Source: Okamejei kenojei (taxonomy: Eukaryota). Taken from it: DNA of 64,000 bases. Positions 42,401-54,400 of the stretch are shown here, one piece after another. Position 1 is the first letter of the stretch. Each line of letters begins with the position of its first letter. The stretch is from assembly GCA_035221665.1 (NCBI GenBank), contig CM069137.1, forward strand, positions 76,880,001 through 76,944,000, given 5' to 3'. The notes under the pieces were generated by a model that had not been told where the DNA came from, searched no databases, and saw nothing but the letters and a program-made list of their open reading frames with translations. Made by a program: the position numbers and the translations under genes.

Positions 42401-45400
42401 CAACACTTCTAAAATGCACTGTAGAACCAGGTAAGCTTTCCTGGGACATAGGTTTTTCTATAAAACTTGGAGGCTCTGAAAGTCAGGTGGAAAAAAATAC
42501 AATTGGTTCCCAAGAGTACATTGTTTATACTGCATTGTATATTAAAAAAAAAGTTACTAATAAAATAAGAAATTACAATAATTTGCAATCACATTTTAAG
42601 CTCTAAATATAGTAGCTTTCCTTAGAGTAAGAGGCAAAAATCAAAAAAATTAAGTGTATAAATACAAAAAAGATATAAATTATGCTGGAAACAAATTCAT
42701 CTTTCAAACCTGTTATATTTAAGAAAGCACTGCATTCATCACTTCCCACTGAATTGGTTGCTTTGCAAATATAGGTTCCATGATCTGAAATCTCTAGTTG
42801 ATTCACTTCCAAAGTTGTTGTGTTATCTTGAGATAATATTTTGTATTTCTCATTAGTTGTTATTAAAATGCGATCTTTATACCATGAGAAGCTCATTGGA
42901 AGAGAACCAGAAGCTTTGCATTCCATTTGTATGAAAGACCCTAAAACACTGTTCATTTTGCGTGATTTTCGTTTAAACAATGGGGGAATTAGTTGATCTG
43001 TCCAAGGTAAAATGATAAAAGCACAGCCAATCAATTCATACAGCAAATATTAAAATTAATCAAAATCTATAATGATTTTTAAAGTTTTAAGAATTATCAT
43101 GTGTATTGATATATTGATATGATATATATAGTGACTACTGAGAGCCAAAATTAATTTCAAAATTTCTCACAGCAGTTGCTCTTAGATATCCCATTCATCA
43201 CTAATTTCCAATTGGAAAGTTATAACATTATCTTTATATAAATTTGTGTTTTATGCGATTGCGATTTCCTTATTTAAAAGCCATTATTTTAAATGCATTA
43301 GTTATGTAGATTAGCTGACTTCCAATTGTAAATAAAATACTAACCTAATACTGTCAATGAAGCTTTACAACTGCTCATTCCAAACTGATTCTTGACTTCA
43401 AAAGTATATTCAGCAGTGTCATCATTAGACACAGAAGAAATCTTTATGCTGACCACATTATTCTCAAAGCTGATTCTGTGTTTTCGACAAGACACCATTT
43501 CGTTACCATCTTTAAAACATTTAACATTTAGTTCTGGTGTACCAGTTACAGCACATTCCAGGTTTGCTGTATTTCCTGCCGTCACACTGATTGACTGTGC
43601 TTGTTCTGTGATTTTTGCTGGTTCTATGAGAATAAAAATCTCTTTTATATATCATTAGCATTAATTTCATTTTGGTCAATGCATGGCAAAATACCTGAAT
43701 TGAATTATAATGATAAAAAAATGGAATGCAGGGAAATAACAAGCTATTAATTGCCCACTGACCTGCTACCAACAATGTGGCAAAGCACTTCTCAGTTCCT
43801 GCGTCATTCTTGACCTGGCACATGTACTTTCCAGCATGATTTTCTCCAACAGCATTTATTTGAAGAGTAGCAATATTATTCTCAAAAGACATAGTAATAT
43901 TACCATCTTCTTCGATAACATCTTTATCTTTCATCCAAGTTAAATAAATAGGCTTTGAGCCTTTTACTTGACTGTGAAATACAACTGAATTGCCTGATAC
44001 TGATGTTATATTTTCAATCTTCTTTATAAATCCTGGGGGTTCTAGTTTAAAATAAATAATAACATGACTAAATTGAGCTATATCACCTTTTCATGACAGT
44101 TTACAAATAATTCAGCGTTGAATTTCCAAATAAATAATTAAATGATTCTGCCATCATCATACACTTCAGAAGGAAATATTTTCTGATGGACTTGTAAAAC
44201 TGACCTTTCAAACTGACTGTAGAACTGCAGGAACAACACCCCACATCATTTTGTACGATGCACTTGTATTCACCAACATCTGTGGTATCAGAATTTAGAA
44301 TGCAAACGCTAACTAAAGAACTGTCAGAGATCATTTTGTATTTTTTACTACGTCGAATTTGTTTATTGTCTTTATACCACATAACTTCAAAGGGAGCTGT
44401 ACCAGCCACCTCACATTCAAGAGAAATATCAGTGGATTTAACTATCTCAGTGGATTGAAGTTTTCGTCTAAAGCTTGGTGGTTCTAAAAAGTAATCACAA
44501 TAAAAAACATCTTAATGAATCAAGATACTATCAGTATCCCTGAACAAGAAAGTAAAGAATTTATAGTCTCAATTAATTATTACAGACCTTTAACTTCAAC
44601 TTCAGTGCTGCAGCTCTCACTACCAGCTTCATTTTGTGCCTCACAGATGTAGCACGCACTGTCGTCCAGAATCACATCAATAATCTCAAGAACTGCCACA
44701 GCATCATCAAATTTCATCATAAACTTTTCACTGGCCATAATTTCATCGCCATTTTTGTACCATGTAACTTTAATGTCAGGTGTGCCCCTTAAACTGCACT
44801 CAAAATGTGCTGAAACTCCTTTTTTTAGGATGGTTGGCGATTGCAGCTTTTTAATGAAGCTTGGAGGTTCTAAAAGCCAAAATATTATAAATTTCAACAT
44901 ACATTTATACGGTAATCAAAACCAACTCAAACGAATGTGTATGCATAAATCATTGGCCACAAAACTCTAATCAAATTCTCCAAACCTACTCAAATTGAGC
45001 CCCCTCTTAAGTCAGGGAAACAATATTCTTTTTTTCATGTTCCCCATAACTGCATCCAGTAAAATTGTTTATTACTCAGTCATGTGATGTGATACCAGGC
45101 TATAAGAATCCTTAAAATCTCCATCAATGTCTTTACTTTCACTGAGGAAAATTTTCCTTTGTGTTTCCTGAAGCAAGACAGAATTCTCCACCACTAAATC
45201 GTGCTTTATCTTGCAGTTAATGGGAAAACTCCAGGACTTCCTTGACAGCAGGACAGCATTGAGTCTGACAATCAACTGACATTTGAATGCCACAAGGCCA
45301 CCAAGCCCACTTCTTTCTTGCAAGTATGCATTTCTTTGGCAATATCCAGTCAACCATCAGGAAGATAAAATAATGTTGTTGAACGTACGAGGTAACAAAC

Positions 45401-48400
45401 ACCGTCAAGGAAACAAAATAACGTAACTAAATTTTCAAGGTAACAAAGCAAAAAAAAAAAAAAAAAATTATACAACTCACAACAGAGTGTAAAATGCCAG
45501 AATTGCGCACCTTTAACAAAGAGATTTGCAGAACAGTCATCAGTACCAACTTCGTTGCTAACTTGGCAGGTGTAGCTACCCGCATCAGATATTTTGGCTG
45601 AGAGCAATTCTAGAAGGTATGTCGAGCCTTCATTCCAAATGGAATATGCCACACCATGCATCAATTCTCTGTCCCCTTTGAACCATTTTGTGGATAGTGG
45701 TGTGCTTCCTTTCACAACACCCCTAAATTGTACCGTAGAACCGAGTATAACTTCTTGAGACATTATTTTATCTATAAAGCTTGGGCGTTCTAAAAATCAA
45801 TTAAAAAAGATTCAATTAACTCAGATTCAAATCTTTCCAAATTAGATGCACTAATACTTTTTTTTAAAAGTCTAAGCATTTTTAAAATAAAGATAGATGG
45901 TTAATTAATTTATTTAACTACTTCAGTACTTTGTCAAACTACATATAGAAACTCTTTGTAAAGAATGTATTTTTACAAAGAATGTATTGTAAAGAATGTA
46001 TTGTAAAGAAGCAACTATTCAAACCTTTTATACTCAAGACAGCACTGCATTCATCCTTTCCTGCTGAATTTGCTACTTTGCAAACGTAAATTCCACCATC
46101 TGAAAAGTCTAGTTCACTGATTTCTAATGAGATTGTGTTCTCTTGAAATAGCATCTTGTATTTGTTACTAGCTGATATTTCTTTGTCCTCTTTACACCAA
46201 GTTATATTCATTGGAATAGAACCAGAAACTTTGCTTTCCATTCGCACAAAATACCCTAAAGTACTGCCCACGTCCTTTAATTTTCTTGTAAACAACGGAG
46301 GAATTATTTGTTCTGCTCAACATAAAGAAACAAAATGATAAAAAAAAACAATGATGTACTTCTAGCTTTGTAATACACTATGGCAATCAAAAGATATAAG
46401 AGACAAAACATCAACACAATTTGCATACTGACCTATCACGGTCAAAGAAATATTACATTTGTTGGCTCCAAACTCATTCTGGACTTCAAAAGTATAGTCT
46501 CCACTGTCGTTTATGTCAACAGACAAGATTTTTAGACAGGCCACCTTATTCACAAAACTCAATCTATATCTTCTGTTTGTTTCTAGCTGCTTTCCATTTT
46601 TGAACCATGCAACATTTAATACTGGTGTTCCAGCTACTGTACATTCCAGAATAGCTGGATTTCTTGAAGTTACTGTGAGAGGCTCAGTTTTTTCTGTGAT
46701 ATTTGCAGGTTCTGTGGGAAAAATATATTATTTACATCAAAAATTAAGCAATAGTTTTTGCAAGATTATGATAATAAATTTTGTGGAGAATAGACATCAC
46801 TGTGGATTTGTAGGTCTCTTGAAGGTTCAAATCCTCAAATCTAGATAATACTACGATGATAAATGTTTCTACTACATGCTGACTGAATGTGTTCCTTGGT
46901 AATACATTCACCATACAGTGCCTCACAAAACAGATATTATAGGGAAAATAATAAAATAACAAACTATTATATTGGAAGCACTTTTACTAAGATTTGTCAA
47001 TGGCATGTACAAGATAAGAAGGACCTACATTCCAAATATTGCCAAGCAACCTAGTAAATGGCTACTCTATATGGCAAATGTTCCCATTGTTAACCATAAT
47101 ATAACATATTTACTTTAATATTCACATAATTCATTCAAAAATTGTAATGATTTTACTGTGAGAAATACTCAAATCAAAATCAATAATTTGTGGGCAATAT
47201 TTATGTTTATAATTTCCTACTAACCCATTACAGCCAATGTGGCAAAGCATTTTGCTGTTCCTGCATCATTTTTTGCCTGACAAATATAATTTCCACTGTG
47301 ATCTTCTTCAGCCTTGATGATCTGTAATGTGGCCATATTGTTTTGAAAGGAAATTTTAATATTATCATCCTCTTTGATACGTTTGTCATCTTTTCTCCAG
47401 CTTGTAATTATAGGAACTGAGCCTCTTACAAGACATTGAAATACAGCACAATTTCCAGAAAATACTGTTGCATTTTCTATTGTTTGCACGAAGGCTGGTC
47501 GCTCTAGTTTAAAGTAAAGAGAATATACCAGGTTATAACTTAAAATGAAACTACTGATATTTAATCTTCTAAAATATTCTACTTTAAAACATAGAATATT
47601 ACATAATTAAATAAATAAATACCAAACAACATCTAGTTAAGATTTCGTCTTAGAACTGACCTTTCAAATTGACTGCAGAACTACTGGAACAACTTCCCAC
47701 ATCATTCTTTACCATGCACTTGTATTCCCCAACATCCGAGCCATCAGATGTTAGAATGCAAAGACTGACCAAAGAACTGTCAGAGATCATTTTGTATTTT
47801 TTGCTTCGCCGTATTTGTTTATTGTCCTTATACCACAAAACTTCAAAAGGAGCTGTACCAGCCACCTCACATTCAAGAATAACATCACTGGCTTTAACTA
47901 CCTCAACAGGTTCAAGTTCCTTTGTAAATGTGGGAGGTTCTGAAGAGTAAACATGATATCATGATTTACGAATCACAGTCCACTTTTTTCCAAGTTTACA
48001 CAATGTCTCTCGTAAAAAGCCATTGGCAGCAAGAATGTTACAATGCATAAACGATTAAAATAGCAATTTGATGATCTCTGGAGCAGCATGCCCATTGCAA
48101 CTGCCAATTAATAAATGCAATAGCATAATACTGCTAAGTCTGAGGTGAAGCACCTTGGAAGGGCTAATAAAGGGCAGGACATATGGAATGCAATGAAAAT
48201 ACCTGATGGGAGTACTAAAATAGAGAGATCTCAATGTACAAATCTAAGGATTCTTGAAGTGGCATATTTAATACTTGGGTTCATTAACTAGGACATGATA
48301 CAAGAGCAGAGATATTTTGTTGGAACTGATTAGGCCCCAGCCAGAGCAGAGGCACAGTTCTGGTGCATTGCTATCTAAGGGATACAATTGCATTGGGGAT

Positions 48401-51400
48401 GGAGCAGAGAAGATTGACAGAGATGTTGCTTTGGATGGAGTGTTTCAGTTATGAAGACAATGAATAGATTTATGTTTTCTCTTCCTTGGAGCAAAAGAGG
48501 CTGGGATGTAGGGGTTGATAATTATGTTCAATGTTATGAAGGGCATGGATTGGATAAATAGTAGGACATTTTTCACATAGCAAAGTTATATAAACTGCAG
48601 AGGTAAGAGTAGGTGGAACCTGGCTTAGTGGAGGCAAGTACTCTCACTCACTGTAATGTATCTAGATTAGCTAAAGACCAAGTGCTGTTAAATGAAATTA
48701 TATTGATACGTAAAATTGGCTTGACATGGCGGACCGGGGTGCCTGCTTTATGGTTCTATGACTAATTTTAAAACAAAATTAAGAAAAGGAACTCCTTTTG
48801 GCCTCCAAAGAAACTCTGAGCCTCAAAATTCATGGATGGGATACCCATAACTCAAAATATGACAAGGCACCAACTATGTATAGTTTCTATGTATAAAACC
48901 ATCTATATCTCTAGTTTCCCTTTCCCCTGACTCATTCTGAAGAAGGGTCTCGACCCGAAACATCACCTATTCCTTTTCTCCAGAGATGATGCCTGACCCG
49001 CTGAGTTACTCCAGCATTTTGTGCCTCTCTTAGGTTTACCAGAATGATGATTGGATTCGAGGGTTTCAGCTGCAATGAGAGGTTTTGTGCCCAACTTTGG
49101 CAAATCACCTAAAGGTCCAGAAGTTATGTATTCAAGAGAGAGTTGAATATAGCTTTTAGGGGTAACGGAATCAAGTGATATGAGGAGAAAGCAGGAACGG
49201 GGTACTGATTCTGGATGATCAGCCATGATCATATTGAATGGCGGTGCTGGCTCGAAGAGCCGAATGGCCTACTGCACCTATTTTCTATGTTTCTAACTCA
49301 GAAGTCTGGACTGCTTCAGCCAGCTTCCTATTGATAAATCAATTTTTTTTTTAACATTATAGAAAATATTAATGTCATATTTTATGGATCCATCGGAATC
49401 AAAAATGAACAATTAGATGATAAATGTACCAATCAAAAATGTATAAGAATCAGCTCCTTATGTCAAGGTTCGCATTATTCCTTAATTAAATGTTTTTGCA
49501 ATATGACTGGAAAAAGATAGTGGACCAATGATAACATATAACTGAGAATGTTTACACACCTTTAACTGTGACTGCAATGTCACAAGATTCACTGCCAGCT
49601 TCATTTTCGGCTTTACAGGAATAATTCCCTGTGTCATCCAAGCTGACATCAACAATCTCTAAGAATGCCACAGAATCAACAAATGACATTTTATATTTTT
49701 CATTGAAACTAATTTCATGTTGATTCTTGAACCAAGTGACTTTAATTTCAGGTGTGCCAGTTATTTTACACTCAAAACTTGCTGTATCTCCTTTTTTAAA
49801 TATTGCTGTTGGTTCTAACTTCATAATAAAATATGGAGGCTCTGTGGAAAACAACGTTGTAAATGTAACTATACATACAAGTGTCCAAGATGAATCCATT
49901 CAACATAAAGAAAACCACGTGGACAATGCAAAAAGAACAAAAGAAAACACGAACGAAAGAACAAAAGCACAAAAAAAGAATAAAAATAACAAAGAGAAAA
50001 TTATATAACAAATCAAAAAGTTAATTTGGTTAATTTCACAATGGTGAAACAAGCACAGATAAATTGCACACCTTTGATAAAGAGTCTTGCTGCACAAGTG
50101 ACACTGCCAACTCTGTTGCTGATTTCACAAATATAGTCACCCGAATCTGAAACTTTGGCTGAAAATAACTCAAGTAAACTGGTTGAGCCTTCACTTAAAA
50201 TGAAACAATCAGCTCCAGACATCAGTTCCCTGCCATCCTTCAGCCATTTTATAGTTACTGGAGCTGTTCCTTTCACAACACTTCTAAACCGCACCGTGGA
50301 ACCTGGTAAGCTTTCCTGAGACATAGGTTTTTCTATAAAACCTGGAGGCTCTGAAAGTCAGGTAAAAAAAAAACACCATTGCAATTTTATGAAGAAAGGT
50401 TAAAGGTCAGATCTAAAATTAATTAAAATAAACTGCAAGCAAGTTTAAATGCTTTGCATGTTAATTTTTGTTGCTATGGTAGCAAACAAACATCAAAAAA
50501 TGTAAAGCCATATAAATATGAATAAGATGTAAACTGAGCTGAAAGTAAATTAAACTTTCAAACCTGTTATATTTAAGAAACCACTGCTTTCATCACTTCC
50601 AACTGAATTAGTTGCTTTGCAAATATAAGTTCCACGATCTGAAATCTCTAGTTGATCAAATTCCAAAGTCGTTGTGTTATCTTGATATAATAGATTGTAT
50701 TTTTCACTAGATGTTATTAATTTGAAATCCTTATACCAAGAAAAGACCATTGGAAGAGAACCAGAAACTTTACATTCCATATGCACAGACGATCCTAAAA
50801 CAATGTCCATTTTCCGTAATTTTCGTGTGAACACTGGAGGAATTAGTTGATCTGTCCAAGATACCAAAAGCACAGCTGGTCAACTCAAAGAGCAAATGCT
50901 TTAAATTAATTAAACCAATTGTTTTTTTGTTCCTAGTAAGAAACTTTTGTATGTATTAGCATGTTTCAATAACGCACTCAAATAAAACCCCAAAACAGCT
51001 GATGTTCATTAGCCCACTATTATGGAACATGGAATTTGCAATCATCAATGACCATCATCATTGCTAACTGCCATACAACATTTTGGATTTGTTTATTGGA
51101 TTTCCCACACAAGAGTATTCAGCTCATTCCCTTATGGCGACACTCTCCATGACAGCAAATCTATGGTGATGCAATGGGATTGCATTAGAGAGTGGAACCA
51201 AATAGCCTTACCCACCGAAAAGCTTGAAAAAAATTGACAGCTGGCTATGCCTCATTCTTGGCTTATTAAGTGCCAATTGTTAAACAGTTTTGCTGAATGA
51301 TGCGGAGGTATAGAAACAATCATAAATATATATTTTTTTAAACTACTGAAAAGCTTTTCAAACTTTAAAACTGTTAAATATTTTAAAATGCAAAAAATAA

Positions 51401-54400
51401 TTTAAGTTTAAAGAATGAATCTGCCTAAAATACTCAAATAGATTGCAATATATCAATTACCTCAAATACCTCACTCCTTCAATGTTTCTCGATTGAAATT
51501 ATTGAAGGGAATATTGAATTTCCCTTCAATAATTTCAATGGAGTAACATTGCCTGTGTCTCCAGGCATATATTCAATTTAAAAACAACTGTGAATTGCTG
51601 ACTCCAAATGTGAGGACATGCATCTCTGTGTGGAAATCACAAAGTTGCCAATAGTTATTATCGAGGAGAATGTGGATGTGGGGTATTACAAAGACCATGG
51701 CGATCAATAAACCGTATGAAGACAAAAGAGCATGCTGCTGCTGGAATCTGGAGCAACATTGTGCATTTCTCGTGAGTACCCAACTGGGAAGCTCTGATCT
51801 TGGCAGAGCTTGGAAGGGAGACCATCCAAGAATACCAGTGTAATAGCCTTAAGGGCCTGTCCCACTTGGGCGTCATTTGCGCTTCACGCAGATGGCGCGT
51901 GAAGATTTTGTACATACCAAATTCCTGGGGCACCGCGCGTCACTGCCTACGTCACCACGCGCGTCATGCGTCGTGACGCGTTAATGATGACGCGTAAATT
52001 ACACGCAAATGACGCCCAAGTGGGACAGGCCCTTTACTGCCTGGACAGTTGTGAGAACTAACCAACATGTTCGATTCAGAAAGAATCTGTTATATAGTGT
52101 TTCCAAAAAAAACTACAGCCTTTATATTTTCCGATGATCAATGTGAGCACAAGTTCATTAGTTTTAAGCAAAATTTCAATTGGCACTAAATTATTTAAAT
52201 TAGTCAAATTCAAATAGCAAATAAAACACTAACCTAATACTGTCAATGAAGCTTTACAGCTGCTCATTCCAAACTTATTCTTGACTTCAAAAGTATATTC
52301 ACCAGTGTCATCATTAGAAACAGAAAGAATCTTCAGGCTGATCACGTTATGATCAAAGCTGATTTTGTGTTTTCTGCTAGACACCATTTCATTGCCATCC
52401 TTAAAACATTTAACATTTAGTTCTGGTGTACCAGTTACAGTACATTCCAGGTTTGCTGTATTTCCTGCTGTCACACTGAGTGACTGTGCTTGTTCAGTGA
52501 TTTTTGCTGGTTCTATGAGGAAAAATAAATCTCTTCAATATGTTACTAAAATTAATTTGACTTTAGTTGATGCAGTTCAAAATAATCTGAACTCACCACT
52601 GATTAAAATGGAAGCTAACCAATATCCCACTGACCTGCTACCAACAATGCGGCAACGCACTTCTCAGTTCCTGCGTCATTCTTGACCTGGCATGTGTATT
52701 TTCCAGCATGATTTTCTCCAACAGCATTTATTTGAAGAGCAGCAATATTATTCTCAAAAGACAAAGTAACGTTACCATCTTCTTGGATAATACTTCTATC
52801 TTTCATCCAAGTTATGTAAATAGGCTTTGAGCCTTTTACTTGACATTGGAATACCACTGAATTGCCTGACAATACGGTTATATTTTCAATCTTCTTTATA
52901 AATCCTGGGGGTTCTAATTTAAAACAAAGGATTATAAAACATGAATTTTCATTTCAGCTTTTCATTATGGTGTTGAAATGTTTTAATCCAATAGTAAGAA
53001 TTCCTTCAAAAATAATTGAGCACTGGATTTAAATAGAAGAAAAATATATTTCCACAAATACAATAACTAACCTTTCATACTGACTGTAGAATTGCATGAG
53101 CAACTTCCCACATCATTTTTTACTGTACATTTGTATTCAGCAACATCCGAGGTATCGGGTGTTAAAATGCAAAGATTGGCTAATGAATTGTCTGAGAACA
53201 TTTTATACTTTTTGCTGCGTCGAATTTGTTTATTGTCCTTATACCACATAACATCAAAGGGAGCTGTACCAGTCACCTCGCATTCAAGAGTAATATCACT
53301 AGCTTTAGTTATCTCAACAGATTCAAGTTTCTTTACAAATGAAGGAGGTTCTGAAGAGTAAAAGATAACAATGTGGCTTAGAAAACAATCAAATGCCAAA
53401 GAGTTCAATATCTCTTTAAAATATTGCTTTACACACCTTTAACCTGAATCACAATGTTGCAGCTGTTAATGCCAGCTTCATTCTGTGCTTCACATGAGTA
53501 ATCTCCACTATCTTCCTCCTTTACATCAGCAATCTCAAGAACTGCCAATGAGTTTTGGAATGATATTGAATATTTGTCACTGGTTCTAATATCTTGGTTA
53601 TTTCTATACCATGTTACTGTGATTTCAGGTGAACCAGTAATTTTGCACTCAAAACGTGCAAATTCTCCTTGCTTCAGAGTTGATGAAGAAGGTAATTTTG
53701 TAACAAAGGTCGGAGGCTCTGAGAAATGAAAGGTAGCACACTTGAATAGTGGAACTACAAAGTCAAATAAAGTAGACAAAGTATATGGAATCACCTTCTG
53801 GTAAACGTTACTCATCTTTGAGTGTAAGAAAGCTAAGGATCAATAACAGCGTTAAAAATGTAACACAGAACCTATTTACTAATGAAATTAACAAACCTTT
53901 GATGATAACATTTGCAGTACTATTGACTGAACCAGCTTCATTGGCGAGTTGACAGTTGTAAACACCGGCATCAGTAATTTTGGTAGAAATTAGCTCAAGG
54001 AAGTGTGTTGTTTCTTCATTCCAGATCGAACATCTTGTGCCAGGTTTCAATTCCCTATTATCCTTAAACCACTTAACAAATAGTGGAAGAGTTCCTTTCC
54101 CAATGCTTTTAAGCTGTAGCGTAGAACCAAGCACAATATCTTGGGACACTGGCTTTTCTATAAAGATCGGTGGTTCTAAAAGTCATTTAAAAAAATGTTA
54201 TTTAGTAAGATCAACAGAAGTAAAAATACTAATACTTCTAAAATTAGTTATACTACTCTAACACTTTGTTACTGAACACATAGTCAAAATATTTTAGGAA
54301 GTTGAATATGTATAATTTATCTATATTGAAAAGAAAACAAAGAAACTGACAATATTGGGAGAAATATTGATTCCCCCACCCAGGTTTCACTGCATATCCA

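Noticed and set aside
36078-46010. Short local direct repeats (ttccattttacttgaaat x2 at ~36078; ~15-bp units at ~45957)
   Set aside because: Ordinary slippage duplications with no evident function
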